Assembly (NCBI GenBank): GCA_963827685.1
Contig: CAWHBU010000002.1
Location: 640,001-704,000 of the forward strand
Length of the DNA: 64,000 nucleotides
Direction of reading: 5' to 3'
Source of the DNA: an uncultured delta proteobacterium
GTDB taxonomy: Bacteria; Desulfobacterota; BSN033; UBA1163
The position numbers were made by a program, and so were the translations under genes. Shown in pieces: positions 10,329 to 22,525 of the stretch. Under the pieces are notes generated by a model that worked only from the letters and a program-made list of their open reading frames with translations, was not told the origin of the DNA and did no database searches. The stretch's first letter is position 1; each line of letters begins with the position of its first letter.

Positions 10329-10556
10329 ATGAAGGAATTTTATAATGTTTCTCAAAGGAGTAGAGAGATGAGTGGGAAGAGTAGTTTTCCTTACCGCAAA
10401 TATGATCGAAAGCCCCATCCCCATATCGTCAAGCAAATTCTGGACGATAGCGAACTGATCGAGATGATGAAAGAAGTGCTTATCCAGGAGGGGAGGACCT
10501 GTCCCTTTTGTCATCGGAAATTGAAAGGGGAGTCTAAGGTAAAGGAAATCTGGTAA
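10329..10556 (+). CDS. Small hypothetical protein with CPFC motif
   Basis: ORF with AAAGGA RBS, followed by a terminator. Confidence 0.4.
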   Translation: MKEFYNVSQRSREMSGKSSFPYRKYDRKPHPHIVKQILDDSELIEMMKEVLIQEGRTCPFCHRKLKGESKVKEIW

Positions 10557-10568
10557 GAGGTGAAGATG

Positions 10569-10609
10569 AAAAGAGATGGTTCAGAATAGATAAGAACCAC
10601 CTCTTTTTT
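10569..10609. terminator. Probable bidirectional intrinsic terminator
   Basis: AAAAGAGATGGTTC...GAACCACCTCTTTTTT between convergent genes. Confidence 0.55.
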
Positions 10610-10670
10610 ATTTGACAAACAGGGCTAACCGACAAGTCCCCAAATAAGTTCCTTTGTCAGTTAGTGTGTC

Positions 10671-10979
10671 CTAAATACTTTCATCTGGGACTTCCCGCGT
10701 AAAGGAGAACTGGAAAGGTTGAACAATAAACATATTTGCCGCGTCGCCTACGCTTCCAGAGGGAAGAGTGAAAGGAAGTGCGGCGACAAAAATGGCGCTC
10801 CCTGCGATCCCTACAACAATTCCAAGTGGTCTAGCGACAAATAGATCCAAGACGCTCCATCCATGCGCGACAGGATCATCCTTCCTGAATTTGTCTCCAG
10901 CCCACCCTGGTGAACAAAGACCGCCCATGACCAATGAAAGAGTCAGCAGTAGCAAAAAAATCCTTTTGAATCCTTTCAT
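10671..10979 (-). CDS. Small exported/membrane hypothetical protein
   Basis: Signal peptide then DLFVARPLG..ALPFTLPSGS..P..F.FTR pattern; AGGAGG RBS. Confidence 0.7.
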   Translation of the reverse strand: MKGFKRIFLLLLTLSLVMGGLCSPGWAGDKFRKDDPVAHGWSVLDLFVARPLGIVVGIAGSAIFVAALPFTLPSGSVGDAANMFIVQPFQFSFTREVPDESI

Positions 10980-11667
10980 GAGAAGTTCCTCCTTTTTGAC
11001 TTATTTCAAATAAAACTTATCAAAATCAGATACAATTGTCAACCTCTTAACAAAACTAAGGTTTGGTGGTCATGGAACTTAATTTATTGAGGTATTTTCA
11101 TCATCAGGGAGGAGAATTCCCTAATTATGAATAATTTGATAAGCAGCAAATAAATTTTCATGAGATATAGATTGGCTATGATTGTTTCCTTTGTCAATTT
11201 TATCACCGGCTTATCATTACGGTGAACCGAAATCTCGGAAATTGAAGAATGCGGTCATCATATTGAAACCTGTGTATGACTGCTATAAAGAGTGCAATAA
11301 ATGAACGGGAAAATAGGTAGAAGGATTTCATTATAAGATTAAGATAATGAATCATAAGAGTTTTATTGTGCAATTTTTTTGCCAACCGAATGAATTAAAT
11401 CATACTGGTATAACTTATTGATATTAAAGGGTAAATAATTATTGTGATGACAGAGAATTCTTAGAAATAATGTTCAAAAGTGACAAAAAGCGATATTTGG
11501 ATAAAAATTGTTCTCTAACTTCCCATGAGACCATGCTTACGTGTTGTAATACCTGGAGAGACGCAAACAGGGAGGTTCGTGCAGTTCCTTAAAATACTTG
11601 ACAATTGAATCAAAAATCGTTATATCTTCTCAAAATTCAAGGGGATATATCGGTTTTCAATTAAACT

Positions 11668-12192
11668 ATGGAATGGACATTACTTCTCAACTCTACTTTT
11701 GAACCATTAAAAGTTGTAACCTGGAAAAAGGCGATCGTCATGATGACGCTTGAAAAAGTAGAGGTCATTGAGGAATATGATCGCATGATTCGAGGCGTCA
11801 GCCTTTCCTTACGGCTTCCCGCTGTGATTCGATTAAATCGTTTTATTAAAAGAAAAACTCCCATCGTCAAATTCTCCCGTCAGAATCTCTATGTAAGGGA
11901 TCGGGGAAAGTGTCAGTACTGTGGCACCCCTTTTGAGCACAAGGAATTGACCTATGACCATGTCATTCCGCGCTCCAAAGGTGGGCAAACGGAATGGACG
12001 AATGTGGTGACCTGCTGCACCGCCTGCAATCTCAAAAAGGGAGGGAGGACACCTGAAGAAGCAGGGATGTCGCTGATACGAAAACCGAGGGCACCCATCT
12101 GGATACCGCTACTGCCGATGAGCCTTGGGATCAAAGAGACCCCAGATCCCTGGAAGGATTATCTCTACCTCAATCTGGAGTTGGCTTCTTAA
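11668..12192 (+). CDS. HNH endonuclease (McrA-like)
   Basis: LLLNSTFEPL, RDRGKCQYCG..TYDHVIPRSKGG..WTNVVTCC..CNLKKG. Confidence 0.9.
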   Translation: MEWTLLLNSTFEPLKVVTWKKAIVMMTLEKVEVIEEYDRMIRGVSLSLRLPAVIRLNRFIKRKTPIVKFSRQNLYVRDRGKCQYCGTPFEHKELTYDHVIPRSKGGQTEWTNVVTCCTACNLKKGGRTPEEAGMSLIRKPRAPIWIPLLPMSLGIKETPDPWKDYLYLNLELAS

Positions 12193-12392
12193 CCCAGATG
12201 TGAGTTGAAAAGGGGGAGGATGATCCTGGGTAACTTTCATGGCCTGCGGGTGACGGACCCGTCATGGAGAATTTATTTAAATAGACTTCGACGATGAAGT
12301 CTGGGAAAGCGAAATGAGAAAGAAAGAAGGTCTTATCAAAGCTTCGGACAGAGATGAAAGGCGTGTAAGGGATTGCGAGGGGATGAAGAGAG

Positions 12393-12905
12393 ATGAAATA
12401 TCTTTGGGCTCCGTGGAGAATGGAGTATATTTTGGGAGAGAAAAAGAGAGGATGTTTCTTTTGCAAAAAACTTAAAGAGAAAAAGGACATAAAAAATCTT
12501 ATCCTCTATCAGGGTGAATATGCGTTTGTGGTCATGAATAAATATCCCTATAACAACGGTCACCTGATGGTCGTACCCAAACGCCATTGCCGCGATTTGG
12601 AGCAATTGGATAATAGAGAATTAAGAGAGCTTTTCGATTTATTAAAAGCCTCTGTACGGGTGCTGAAGGCAAGCTTCCATCCGCATGGATTCAATATTGG
12701 GATGAATATTGGGAAGATGGGAGGTGCTGGAGAAGACCATCTCCATCTCCATATTGTCCCACGATGGGCAGGAGATACCAATTTTATGCCAGTGATAGGG
12801 GAAACGAAGATCATCCCCGAATATTTGGAAAGAACTTATCAGAAACTTCACTCTGCCTTTACGGATCTATTGCGAAAAAAGAGAGTCCAGAAAGGAGAAC
12901 AATAA
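12393..12905 (+). CDS. HIT-family hydrolase / Ap4A phosphorylase
   Basis: LWAPWRMEY, CFFC, NKYPYNNGHLMV, HLHLHIVPRW. Confidence 0.92.
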   Translation: MKYLWAPWRMEYILGEKKRGCFFCKKLKEKKDIKNLILYQGEYAFVVMNKYPYNNGHLMVVPKRHCRDLEQLDNRELRELFDLLKASVRVLKASFHPHGFNIGMNIGKMGGAGEDHLHLHIVPRWAGDTNFMPVIGETKIIPEYLERTYQKLHSAFTDLLRKKRVQKGEQ

Positions 12906-12906
12906 A

Positions 12907-13245
12907 GTGAGATGGCTTAAGACATTACTTTGGATAGCGGCCTTTTGTTTGGCGGTCCCCTTTTTTGTTCAAAATCGAAGCGAGGTCACCCTTCATTTCG
13001 TTTTCCCTTGGGAGAATTATCAGTGGTTTGAAATTCCAGTAGTCCCTCTCCCTCTCTTCTTGGTCGTCCTTTGTTCTATCTTTTTGGGAATCTTAATCGG
13101 TGGGGTAGGTGACATTTATAGACGCTTTCAACTCAAAAAGATGCTTCGTCAAAACCAAAAAACGATTGAGAGATTGGAGAAAGAGATCCAATCTCTTCGG
13201 GGTCCTGGTTTGGATCAACCCTCCTATCTCAAGAAAGAGGATTAA
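12907..13245 (+). CDS. LapA-family (DUF1049) membrane protein
   Basis: TM-FFVQN..TM then coiled-coil tail. Confidence 0.75.
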   Translation: MRWLKTLLWIAAFCLAVPFFVQNRSEVTLHFVFPWENYQWFEIPVVPLPLFLVVLCSIFLGILIGGVGDIYRRFQLKKMLRQNQKTIERLEKEIQSLRGPGLDQPSYLKKED

Positions 13246-13369
13246 CCTTATGATCAACCTGGGGAAATTCGATAGCATCATGAGGAAGGACCCTCATGGA
13301 TGGGCTAAAAATTTTCTTGCATTTCAGAGTGAATTATAGTATATATTTTCTACACTAGTTGGTCTGCTG

Positions 13370-13400
13370 AAAAGGCGGGCTGTTTGCCCGCTTTTTTTTT
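13370..13400 (+). promoter_or_regulatory. rimP leader hairpin / terminator-like element
   Basis: AAAAGGCGGGC-TGTTT-GCCCGC-T9 just upstream of rimP. Confidence 0.6.
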
Positions 13401-13429
13401 AAAAAACGCATATTGCAAAGGCCAAAGAG

Positions 13430-13996
13430 ATGGTGGAAAGGGAGATTGTGGATCGGGTACGTGCAATGGCCGAGCCTATGCTTTTGGATGAAGGAATGGA
13501 ATTGATAGATGTTGAATACCGAAGAGAATCGAAAGGATGGGTCCTTCGCCTCACTCTGGACAAAGAAGGAGGGGTGACCCTTGACGATTGCACGCGAATT
13601 AGCCAGGAAGTCGGAAGGAGTTTAGACGTTGAGGATTTTATACAAGCCCCATACACGCTGGAGGTTTCCTCACCCGGTCTTACCCGCCCACTAAAAACCG
13701 AAAAAGACTTCATGAAATATCGGCAGCGTTTGATCAAAGTGAAGACCGTCGATCCCGTGGAGAATCGGCGGCAGTTTAAGGGAAGACTCTTGGGGCTCTC
13801 CGAGAGCCGGATAGAAATGGAAGTGGATGGGGGGATCTTCCAGATTCCTCTCTCTAATGTGGCGAAGGCCAACTTGGAAGTTGACTGGGACGCGCTCCGC
13901 AAGGAGCATCCTACAAAAAATGAGATACCATTTCCGGGAAGCTCTGTTGAGCCGCAGGGGCAGACGGAGGCTTCATTTTTAGAAAGGGAGAAATGA
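13430..13996 (+). CDS. rimP: Ribosome maturation factor RimP
   Basis: GVTLDDC..S..LD, YTLEVSSPGLTRPL. Confidence 0.95.
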   Translation: MVEREIVDRVRAMAEPMLLDEGMELIDVEYRRESKGWVLRLTLDKEGGVTLDDCTRISQEVGRSLDVEDFIQAPYTLEVSSPGLTRPLKTEKDFMKYRQRLIKVKTVDPVENRRQFKGRLLGLSESRIEMEVDGGIFQIPLSNVAKANLEVDWDALRKEHPTKNEIPFPGSSVEPQGQTEASFLEREK

Positions 13997-13999
13997 GTT

Positions 14000-15478
14000 A
14001 TGCCATCCAATCTCAATTATGTGATTGATCAAGTGGGAAAGGATAAAGGGATTGACCGGAAGGTGATCATCGAAGCCTTGGAACAAGCGGTACTGACGGC
14101 TTCGAGAAAGAAATATGGACACCAGGGGGAGATAGAAGTTCACTATAATGAGGAGGTTGGCGAAGTCGAGTTGTTCCAGTTCAAGCAGGTGGTGGAGGAA
14201 GTGACCAATCCATCGACGGAGATTTCTCTAAAGGAAGCAAAAGAATTGGACAACGAGGCCCAGATCGGGGACAGCTTGGGGGTGAAACTCAATACCGACT
14301 TCGGCCGAATCGGAGCCCAGACGGCGAAGCAGGTGATCATCCAGAGGGTACGAGACGCTGAAAGAGAAAACGTCTATAATGAATTTAAGGATCGAAAGGG
14401 AGATTTGGTCAGTGGAACCGTACAGAGGATGGAGAAGGGAAATGCTTATATTGGCATTGGAAGGGCCGAGGCCGTTCTTTTGTCGAAAGAACAAATTCCT
14501 GGGGAGAGCTATCGGCAAGGGGAGCGACTTCGGGCCTATATTCTTGATATCCAGAAAAACTCAAAGGGACCACAGATATTTCTTTCCAGGACCCATCCGG
14601 GTTTTTTGATCAAGTTGTTTGAGATGGAGGTGCCTGAGATCTCTGAGGGAGTGATCAAACTGATCAGTGCTGCGAGGGAACCGGGTGAGAGGGCAAAGAT
14701 CTCTGTCTATAGTTCCAACCGGGATGTGGACCCAGTGGGAGCCTGCGTAGGAATGAGAGGTTCTCGAGTCCAGAGCGTCGTTCAAGAGCTTCGAGGCGAA
14801 CGGATTGACATCATCCCTTGGTCTCAAGACCAAGCCAAATATGTATGTAATGCTTTGGCCCCGGCCAAAATCTCCAGGGTCTATATTGACGAGGAGAATC
14901 GTCATATGGAAGTGGTCGTAGCAGACGACCAACTCTCCCTCGCTATCGGGAAGAAAGGCCAGAATGTCCGATTAGGTTCTAAGCTGACGGGTTGGAAAAT
15001 CGACATTAAGAGCGAATCCAGAATGGAGAAGATCTCCAGTGAAATTTTGGAAAAGTTTAGGGACCTCCCTAATATCGGAGATGTGGCGAGCCGTATCCTT
15101 TATAACGAAGGTTTCCGATCGATCAAGGAGGTGGCCGAGGTCGACCCGGAAGAATTGGCAAAAGTTTTAGAGATTGAAAAAGAAAAGGCTGCAGAGATCG
15201 TCGAAAGGGCGGTTCAGATATCCCAAGGGAGAGAAGGGACAGGGGTTAGCCAGGAAACTCTTCCAACAACCGGGGATCCCGCCTCCGATCCGGTGGACAG
15301 GATGGAAGGAGTAGGAGAGAAGACAGCCCAACTATTAGAAGAGAATGGATTCAAAACCGTTCACAATATTTTGGAAACAAATATTGAAAAGCTTTCTACC
15401 ATTCCAGGGATCGGGATCAAGAAAGCTGAAAAATTGATCCAATCCGCAAAACATTATATCGAAGGAAAAAGGGTATGA
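14000..15478 (+). CDS. nusA: Transcription factor NusA with C-terminal HhH repeats
   Basis: [41 protein letters not shown]. Confidence 0.97.
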   Translation: MPSNLNYVIDQVGKDKGIDRKVIIEALEQAVLTASRKKYGHQGEIEVHYNEEVGEVELFQFKQVVEEVTNPSTEISLKEAKELDNEAQIGDSLGVKLNTDFGRIGAQTAKQVIIQRVRDAERENVYNEFKDRKGDLVSGTVQRMEKGNAYIGIGRAEAVLLSKEQIPGESYRQGERLRAYILDIQKNSKGPQIFLSRTHPGFLIKLFEMEVPEISEGVIKLISAAREPGERAKISVYSSNRDVDPVGACVGMRGSRVQSVVQELRGERIDIIPWSQDQAKYVCNALAPAKISRVYIDEENRHMEVVVADDQLSLAIGKKGQNVRLGSKLTGWKIDIKSESRMEKISSEILEKFRDLPNIGDVASRILYNEGFRSIKEVAEVDPEELAKVLEIEKEKAAEIVERAVQISQGREGTGVSQETLPTTGDPASDPVDRMEGVGEKTAQLLEENGFKTVHNILETNIEKLSTIPGIGIKKAEKLIQSAKHYIEGKRV

Positions 15479-15729
15479 GCAAGAAAGGACATATCCCCAT
15501 TCGTACCTGTATTGGTTGTCGAAAAAAAAGGAAGAAGGAAGAGATGATTTGGTTGGCCCAACGTCCTGAGGGAGTGGTGGCGGTGAATGGGAAGAAGCCT
15601 CATCAGGGGCGAGGGCTTTATCTCTGTCCAGAGGATGGGTGTTTAAACATGGCAAAGAAAAAGAATAGAGGAGTTGGGTTTTTGGAAACGATGAATTTCC
15701 GAAATCCTGCGGCAGAAGGTTTTTTTTGA
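15475..15729 (+). CDS. ylxR: YlxR/RnpM family RNA-binding protein
   Basis: PIRTCIGCR..GRGLYLC; located between nusA and infB. Confidence 0.88.
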   Translation: MSKKGHIPIRTCIGCRKKRKKEEMIWLAQRPEGVVAVNGKKPHQGRGLYLCPEDGCLNMAKKKNRGVGFLETMNFRNPAAEGFF

Positions 15730-15744
15730 TACGGGAGGTAGGGA

Positions 15745-18333
15745 ATGACAAAAAGTAAAGTCCTCGATCTCGCACGGGAAGTCGGGATGGAGGATGATAA
15801 ACTGCTTCTGAAATTGAAACGGATGGGGGTGAAGGTAAAAGATAAAAAACTTTCCGAACCTGAAAAAAAGGTATCTCCATCTGATGAAAAGGTCATTGAA
15901 AGGGATTCCGAGAAAGAAATCGTTGAGAAGCGGGTCAAAGCCACCGTGATTCGGAGAAGAGCAAGAACCCTGGAAGTTAAAGTGGAGCCCCCACCTCCTC
16001 CATTAGCTGTCGTCGAGCCTGAGATTGTAAAAGGGAAGATTCCCAAGGTAAAAGAGGAAGAAGCCGGACTCGAGCTGAAGACTCCAGGGGAGGCAGCAGA
16101 GGAAAAAGAATTTAAAAAGGAGGAGAAACCTCCTACCAAACCAACACGAGGAAGGAAGGAAAAGGAAGCGTCCGAAGAGTCTGCGGTACCCGTTGAGGCA
16201 AAGGCTGAAGAAAAAAAGGTGATAGCTCCCAGACCCGTCGAGGCAGTGCATCCCCAGGTATTCCTTAAAGAGACACCCAAGGTCAAGAAGGAAGTTGAGG
16301 AACCTAAGCCGAAGGAAGCCCCTCTCAAAACAATAGAGGTAAAGCTGTTAGAAAAAGAAGAATTATTGGAGAAAGAAAGATTGGGGCCCTATGCAAAGAA
16401 AAAGGGTTTTGTAAAAAAGAGGAAGAGGATTGAGGAAAGGATGTTGGGGGAGGATGAGGTCGAAGGAGAAAGATTAGAAGCAAAAGGGGCGGAGGTCAGC
16501 TTCAGACCCTTCCGGCCTATGAAGAAGAAGGTGGTATTAAAGACGCCGAAGAAGACAGAGGTGACTGTCCCCAAACCCATTAAGAGAATCATTCGAATCG
16601 CTGAAGTCATCGCTGTCGGAGATCTTGCCAAGAGAATGGGTGTCAAGGGTGGGGAATTGATTAAGAAACTAATGGAGATGGGTGTGCTGGTGAATATCAA
16701 CCAGCTCATTGATGCGGATGTCGCTTCTCTCGTGGCGAGCGAGTTTGGCTATGAGGTGGAGAAAACCTCCTTAGAGCGTCAGGACTTACTGGAAAGAAAA
16801 GAGGATCTCGCCGAACAGTTGAAACCCAGACCACCCGTCGTCACGATCATGGGTCATGTGGACCACGGGAAGACCATGCTTTTGGATTCAATAAGGAAAA
16901 CAAATGTGATGGGAGGGGAAGCCGGAGGCATCACCCAGCACATCGGGGCCTATGATGTCGAGTTAGAGAATGGGCATGTGGTCTTCATTGATACTCCCGG
17001 TCACGAAGCCTTTACCGCCATGAGGGCAAGAGGAGCTCAGGTGACGGATGTGGTCGTTTTGGTGGTCGCTGCAGATGACGGCATGATGCCACAGACCAAG
17101 GAGGCGATCGACCATGCTCGAGCGGCTAAGGTCCCGATTGTGGTCGCCATTAACAAGATTGATAAACCAACCGCCAATCCGGAAAAGGTGAAGAAAGACC
17201 TATCGGAATATGGACTCGTTCCAGAGCAATGGGGCGGAACAACGCTTTTTTCTGAAGTATCGGCGAAGCAGAAGACAAGGATTAAAGAGTTGCTCGATAT
17301 CATCCTCCTTCAGGCAGAGATTTTAGAATTGAGGGCCAACCCGGATAAACCCGCCCGAGGGATCATTATCGAAGCAAAACTGGATAAAGGGAGAGGTCCG
17401 GTGGCTACCCTCCTGGTGCAAGAGGGAACGTTAAAAACAGGAGATGCCTTCCTCGCCGGTTCCCACTATGGCAGGGTCAGGGCCATGCTGAACGATAAAG
17501 GGAAGAAGATCGAAGAGGCGGGTCCCTCTACTCCCGTGGAGGTGGTGGGGTTCACCGATATTCCCGAGGCAGGAGAGACGTTCATCGTCGTTTCCGAAGA
17601 GAGGATGGCCAAACAGATCAGTCTTTACCGACAAGATAAGATTCGCGAAAAAGAACTTTCAAAGTTGAGCAAAGTCTCCTTAGAAGAGCTCTATGATAAA
17701 ATTAAGAAGGGGGAAGTCAAGGAACTGAATGTCATTATTAAGGCAGATGTCCAGGGATCTATCGAGGCAGTGAGAGAGGCACTGAAAAAACTCTCTACGG
17801 ATGCGGTGAAAGTCAATATCCTTCATGATGCGGTCGGCGGGATTACAGAGACCGACGTGAATTTAGCCTCGGCCTCCAATGCGATCATTATTGGGTTTAA
17901 TGTGAGGCCGGGTGCGAAAGCCCAGTCCCTATCAGAGGAGGAGCATGTCGATATCCGAATTTATTCTGTCATCTATGATGCGATCACCGATATTAAGAAT
18001 GCGTTGGAAGGATTACTTGAACCTACTTACAAGGAACATATCTTGGGAAGGGCACAGGTGATACAGGTTTTTACTATCCGTAAAGTGGGAACCGTGGCAG
18101 GCAGTCTCGTGACCGACGGAAAAGTGGTCAGGGGATCCCATGCGAGATTGCTGCGAGACAATGTCGTCGTGCATGATGGCCGGATTGTTTCACTCAGGCG
18201 ATTCAAAGACGATATGAAGGATTGTAGCCAAGGGCTCGAGTGCGGCATTGGCATCGAGAATTTTAATGATATTAAACTTGGGGATGTCATTGAGTCTTAT
18301 GAGGTTGAAGAAGTTCAAGCTCGGCTAACCTGA
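15745..18333 (+). CDS. infB: Translation initiation factor IF-2
   Basis: [36 protein letters not shown]. Confidence 0.98.
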   Translation: MTKSKVLDLAREVGMEDDKLLLKLKRMGVKVKDKKLSEPEKKVSPSDEKVIERDSEKEIVEKRVKATVIRRRARTLEVKVEPPPPPLAVVEPEIVKGKIPKVKEEEAGLELKTPGEAAEEKEFKKEEKPPTKPTRGRKEKEASEESAVPVEAKAEEKKVIAPRPVEAVHPQVFLKETPKVKKEVEEPKPKEAPLKTIEVKLLEKEELLEKERLGPYAKKKGFVKKRKRIEERMLGEDEVEGERLEAKGAEVSFRPFRPMKKKVVLKTPKKTEVTVPKPIKRIIRIAEVIAVGDLAKRMGVKGGELIKKLMEMGVLVNINQLIDADVASLVASEFGYEVEKTSLERQDLLERKEDLAEQLKPRPPVVTIMGHVDHGKTMLLDSIRKTNVMGGEAGGITQHIGAYDVELENGHVVFIDTPGHEAFTAMRARGAQVTDVVVLVVAADDGMMPQTKEAIDHARAAKVPIVVAINKIDKPTANPEKVKKDLSEYGLVPEQWGGTTLFSEVSAKQKTRIKELLDIILLQAEILELRANPDKPARGIIIEAKLDKGRGPVATLLVQEGTLKTGDAFLAGSHYGRVRAMLNDKGKKIEEAGPSTPVEVVGFTDIPEAGETFIVVSEERMAKQISLYRQDKIREKELSKLSKVSLEELYDKIKKGEVKELNVIIKADVQGSIEAVREALKKLSTDAVKVNILHDAVGGITETDVNLASASNAIIIGFNVRPGAKAQSLSEEEHVDIRIYSVIYDAITDIKNALEGLLEPTYKEHILGRAQVIQVFTIRKVGTVAGSLVTDGKVVRGSHARLLRDNVVVHDGRIVSLRRFKDDMKDCSQGLECGIGIENFNDIKLGDVIESYEVEEVQARLT

Positions 18334-18400
18334 GCTCCCGTCAGGTTTCTCCTCAAGAAGGCCAGGTTCTTTTAGAAGAGAAGGGGGGAGGGGGAGGGAG

Positions 18401-18688
18401 ATGGTGATCGGGATTTGCCAACTCGACCTTCGGATTCCGGAAAATCATTCTCTAAAAGGCAAGCGACATGTGCTCCGGAAATTAATCGATCAGGTAAGGC
18501 ATCGGTTTAATGTGGCCATTTCAGAAGTCGGGGATAATGATCTTTGGCAACGGGCGCAGATTGGTTTCTGTACGGTTGGAAATGATCGACGACATATCAA
18601 TTCGAGTCTGGATAAAGTGATCCACTTTATTGAGCAGATGAGCTTTATCGAGATGGTGCGTAGGGAAATTGAAATCATCACGGTATAA
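18401..18688 (+). CDS. DUF503 (YlxP) protein
   Basis: HSLKGKR..RFNVAISEV..D.WQR; located between infB and rbfA. Confidence 0.88.
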   Translation: MVIGICQLDLRIPENHSLKGKRHVLRKLIDQVRHRFNVAISEVGDNDLWQRAQIGFCTVGNDRRHINSSLDKVIHFIEQMSFIEMVRREIEIITV

Positions 18689-18705
18689 TTTCTTTAAAGG
18701 GTCGG

Positions 18706-19080
18706 ATGGAAGGGAAACGTTCGGAAAAAGTAGCGAATTTGATCCAAAAAGAGATCTCCCAAATGCTGGTGAAGTCGATCAAAGATCTTCGTATTGGTTT
18801 TGTCACCATCACCCGGGTGACTGTTTCCGAAGATTGTCGTTTTGCGAAAGTCTATTTTAGTGTAGCAGGGACCCTGGCGGAGAAGGAAAGCTCCATGAAG
18901 GGTTTGGATAGTGCCAAAGGATATGTTCGAAAGGAATTGGGTCGTCGGATCCGACTGAGATATACTCCTGAAATTATGTTTCAATTCGATCCTTCCATTG
19001 AATATGCAATTCATATGGAGGAGTTGATCCAAAGCATCCATCAGGAAGAGGAGCACAATGGGGAAGAAGAAGGAGATTGA
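18706..19080 (+). CDS. rbfA: Ribosome-binding factor A
   Basis: IKDLRIGFVTIT, LRYTPEIMFQFD. Confidence 0.95.
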   Translation: MEGKRSEKVANLIQKEISQMLVKSIKDLRIGFVTITRVTVSEDCRFAKVYFSVAGTLAEKESSMKGLDSAKGYVRKELGRRIRLRYTPEIMFQFDPSIEYAIHMEELIQSIHQEEEHNGEEEGD

Positions 19081-20062
19081 TGGTCTCCTCATCGTGGATA
19101 AACCTGAGGGGATTACCTCCCTCGATGTGGTCAGGGAGATCAAACGCCGATTGGGTGTGAAGAAGGCAGGCCATATCGGAACCCTCGATCCGTTTGCTAC
19201 AGGCGTTTTGCCTATCGTCCTCAACGAGGGAACCAAATTGGTTCCGTTCTTAGGGGAGGGGCCCAAAGAGTATGAAGTGACCCTCAAATTAGGGGAGGAG
19301 ACGACCACCGATGATTGGACCGGTCGGGTCGTCCTGAAACAGGAATGGGAGGGCATACAAGCTGAAAAGATTGAGGCTCTCATCCATACATTTCACGGAA
19401 AGATTCATCAGACCCCCCCCATGTTTTCGGCTATTAAAATACAAGGGAGACCCCTCTATCGATTGGCCAGAGAGGGGATCGAGGTCGAGCGTAAAGAGAG
19501 AGAAGTAGAAATTTACAAAATTCAGATGGAGGACATGGAACTGCCCCTCGTTCATTTCAAGGTCTCCTGCTCAAAAGGAACCTACATCCGCACCCTGGGA
19601 AGAGATATGGGGAGGAAGATAGGATGTGGGGCTCACCTTCTCTGTCTGAGAAGGATTCGGAGCGGTCCTTTCACGCTCGAACAAGCGATCTCCTGGGAGA
19701 AGTTAAAGGATCTCTCCATGCCCGATGCTCTTCACCCCTGGTTGATTTCTTTGAGTGCGGCCTTGCCCAGTTTTCCCGAGGTGATCGGGGACGAACAATT
19801 GGTGAAGAAGGTGCGTTTTGGAAAGAAGATGATGGTTCAGGATCTTTCGCCACAGACCCTTCCAGCCTTCGAAAAAGGGGAATGGCTCAAGATGTCCTCT
19901 CCTCAGGAGGGGTTGGTGGCCATTTTAAAATCAGAAGTGAACGGGGCAGATATTCCCTGGGCAAATCCGGAAGTAGTGGCCCTTCGCCCGTTAAGGGTAT
20001 TTCGACCCCAAGAAGGATATCCTACAGAAGATCAGGCTTCGTTTAAAGGGAGGATGGCATGA
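19058..20062 (+). CDS. truB: tRNA pseudouridine(55) synthase
   Basis: [34 protein letters not shown]. Confidence 0.96.
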   Translation: MGKKKEIDGLLIVDKPEGITSLDVVREIKRRLGVKKAGHIGTLDPFATGVLPIVLNEGTKLVPFLGEGPKEYEVTLKLGEETTTDDWTGRVVLKQEWEGIQAEKIEALIHTFHGKIHQTPPMFSAIKIQGRPLYRLAREGIEVERKEREVEIYKIQMEDMELPLVHFKVSCSKGTYIRTLGRDMGRKIGCGAHLLCLRRIRSGPFTLEQAISWEKLKDLSMPDALHPWLISLSAALPSFPEVIGDEQLVKKVRFGKKMMVQDLSPQTLPAFEKGEWLKMSSPQEGLVAILKSEVNGADIPWANPEVVALRPLRVFRPQEGYPTEDQASFKGRMA

Positions 20063-20328
20063 CACTCGTTCAGGAGAAGAAAAAAGAGATTATCGAACAG
20101 TTTAAAAGCCACGAACGGGACACGGGTTCCCCGGAGGTTCAAATCGCTCTTCTCAGCGAAAGGATCCGATATCTGACGGAACACTTTAAAGTACACCAAC
20201 GAGATCATCACTCTCGCAGAGGTCTCCTCAAATTGGTTGGGCAGCGGAGGAGACTCCTCAACTATCTTAAAGAAAACAAAGTAGATCGATATCGAACGGT
20301 CATCGATAAGTTAGGTCTACGGAAGTAA
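20059..20328 (+). CDS. rpsO: 30S ribosomal protein S15
   Basis: [31 protein letters not shown]. Confidence 0.98.
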   Translation: MTLVQEKKKEIIEQFKSHERDTGSPEVQIALLSERIRYLTEHFKVHQRDHHSRRGLLKLVGQRRRLLNYLKENKVDRYRTVIDKLGLRK

Positions 20329-20368
20329 TGCCAGCATGTTCTAAATGAAAAGGAGCAAAGAAATTCGT

Positions 20369-22525
20369 ATGGGTCAGAAGCTACAGATCGATTTTGGAGG
20401 AAGGCCTTTTTCCATTGAAACCGGAAAGGTGGCGAAGCAGGCGAATGGTTCGGTCATGGTGCAGTACGGAGAGACGGTCGTCCTGGTGACGGCTGTGACA
20501 TCCGAAAAGAAGCGCGAAGGCCTCGATTTCATTCCCCTCACTGTGAATTATTTAGAAATGACTTATGCCGCAGGGAGGATCCCAGGAGGTTTTTTTAAGA
20601 GGGAAGGGAGGCCCAGTGATCGGGAAACCCTTATCTCCCGCTTTATTGATCGACCCCTAAGGCCCCTTTTCCCGAAAGGGTTTCAAAATGAGATCCAGAT
20701 CATCGCCACCGTCCTTTCTGCCGACCAGGATAATGATCCTTCCATCTTGGGAATGATTGGAGCCTCCAGCGCCCTGTCTCTCTCCGATATCCCCTTCGAT
20801 GGTCCCATTGCAGGAGCTAAAGTGGGTCGGATTGACGGAGAGTTCGTCCTTAACCCCACTCATGGAGAATTGGAACTGAGCGACATCGATCTCTTTGTGG
20901 CGGGGAGTGAGGAGGCAATCATTATGGTCGAAGGAAGTGCCAAGGAGGCCAAGGAGGAGGAGATCTTGGAGGCTATTTTATTCGGCCATCAATCCCTGAA
21001 ACCGGTGATTGCTCTTCAAAAACAGATGAAATCGGCTTTAGGAGTCACCCATCGGGAATTCGAACTCCAAAAACCAGAAGAAGCCCTTTACGAAAAAGTA
21101 AGCACCATCGCTCAAGAGAAACTCCAGGAGATCTTTCAACTCACAGAGAAAGGGAAAAGAAGAGAACGACTGGAGGAGATCCTTCAGTTGACCTTTCAAG
21201 AACTCGGGGCCGAAGACGAATCCTCACAAAAGATGGTGAAGATCGCTTTGGAAGAGACCTATCGTAAACTGGTCCGAAAATCAATTTTAGAAAAGAAACA
21301 GAGAATCGATGGGAGAAGGCTTTCAGAAATTCGTCCCATCTTCTGTGAAGTGGGCATCCTTCCCAGAACGCATGGCTCCGCTCTCTTCACACGTGGAGAA
21401 ACTCAGGTTTTGGCCGTGGTCACTTTTGGAACCTCTGAGGATGAGCAGAAAATTAATTCCTTGACTGGAGAGACCTATAAATCCTTCATGCTCCACTATA
21501 ACTTCCCTCCCTTCTGTACAGGAGAAGTTGCCCCATTGAGGTCGCCCAGCCGGAGAGAGATTGGACATGGGGCATTGGCCGAGAGGGCGATCCTGCCTGT
21601 CCTTCCCTCCAGTGAGCAATTCCCCTATACCATTCGAATTGTCTCCGAAGTATTGGAATCGAACGGATCCTCCTCCATGGCCACGGTATGTGGAGCAACC
21701 CTCTCGCTCATGGATGCAGGCGTTCCCATTAAGGCTCCCGTAGCTGGCATTGCCATGGGGTTAATCTTAGAAGATAGGGAGAGTGCCGTTCTCTCAGACA
21801 TTCTGGGCGATGAGGATCATTTGGGCGATATGGATTTCAAGGTGGCAGGTACTTCCGAAGGGGTCACAGCCATACAGATGGATATCAAAGTTCGGGGCAT
21901 CTCCAAAGAGATCATGAGAAAAGTTCTCGATCAGGCCAGAGAGGGCAGATTCCATATTCTGGATAAGATGAGGGAGACGATTTCCGAACCCCGCAAAGAT
22001 CTGTCACGGCATGCCCCCCGGATCGTCAGCCTCCAAGTCAAACAGGAGAAGATCAGAGATGTCATCGGTCCAGGAGGGAAGAACATTCGGGCCATTGTCG
22101 ATCAGACCGGTGTGAAGGTGGATGTGGAGGATTCGGGACTGGTGAAGCTGGCTTCTCCGAATTATGAGGCAATCGAAAAAGCCATCTATATGATCAAGAG
22201 GCTCACCCAAGAGGTCGAAGTAGGTGCTCTTTACACCGGTAAGGTATTACGGATTTTGGGTTTTGGTGCCATTGTAGAACTTTTTCCAGGGACCGACGGC
22301 CTCATCCATATCTCCCAGTTGGCAGAGGGCCATGTCAGGGAGGTCTCGGATGTTCTGAAGGAAGGGGATGAAGTCCTCGTAAAGGTGATCGATATCGATC
22401 CGCAGGGCCGCATTCGGTTGAGTCGTAAGGCAGCCATGAGGGAGACGCAGGCAAAGTGCAGGGGGCAAGGGGTAAAGAGGAAAAGAGGAGCTAAAGGAAT
22501 AAGAAGCAATGGAAGCAAAGATTAA
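20369..22525 (+). CDS. pnp: Polyribonucleotide nucleotidyltransferase
   Basis: RRE(I)[36 protein letters not shown] and S1 domains. Confidence 0.98.
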   Translation: MGQKLQIDFGGRPFSIETGKVAKQANGSVMVQYGETVVLVTAVTSEKKREGLDFIPLTVNYLEMTYAAGRIPGGFFKREGRPSDRETLISRFIDRPLRPLFPKGFQNEIQIIATVLSADQDNDPSILGMIGASSALSLSDIPFDGPIAGAKVGRIDGEFVLNPTHGELELSDIDLFVAGSEEAIIMVEGSAKEAKEEEILEAILFGHQSLKPVIALQKQMKSALGVTHREFELQKPEEALYEKVSTIAQEKLQEIFQLTEKGKRRERLEEILQLTFQELGAEDESSQKMVKIALEETYRKLVRKSILEKKQRIDGRRLSEIRPIFCEVGILPRTHGSALFTRGETQVLAVVTFGTSEDEQKINSLTGETYKSFMLHYNFPPFCTGEVAPLRSPSRREIGHGALAERAILPVLPSSEQFPYTIRIVSEVLESNGSSSMATVCGATLSLMDAGVPIKAPVAGIAMGLILEDRESAVLSDILGDEDHLGDMDFKVAGTSEGVTAIQMDIKVRGISKEIMRKVLDQAREGRFHILDKMRETISEPRKDLSRHAPRIVSLQVKQEKIRDVIGPGGKNIRAIVDQTGVKVDVEDSGLVKLASPNYEAIEKAIYMIKRLTQEVEVGALYTGKVLRILGFGAIVELFPGTDGLIHISQLAEGHVREVSDVLKEGDEVLVKVIDIDPQGRIRLSRKAAMRETQAKCRGQGVKRKRGAKGIRSNGSKD

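Noticed and set aside
11014-11660. ORF 11203-11385 or an ncRNA in the AT-rich gap
   Set aside because: No RBS, motif or convincing structure; probably regulatory DNA
22220-22236. GTAGGTG inside pnp
   Set aside because: Lies in coding sequence and lacks the CAA arm; chance match
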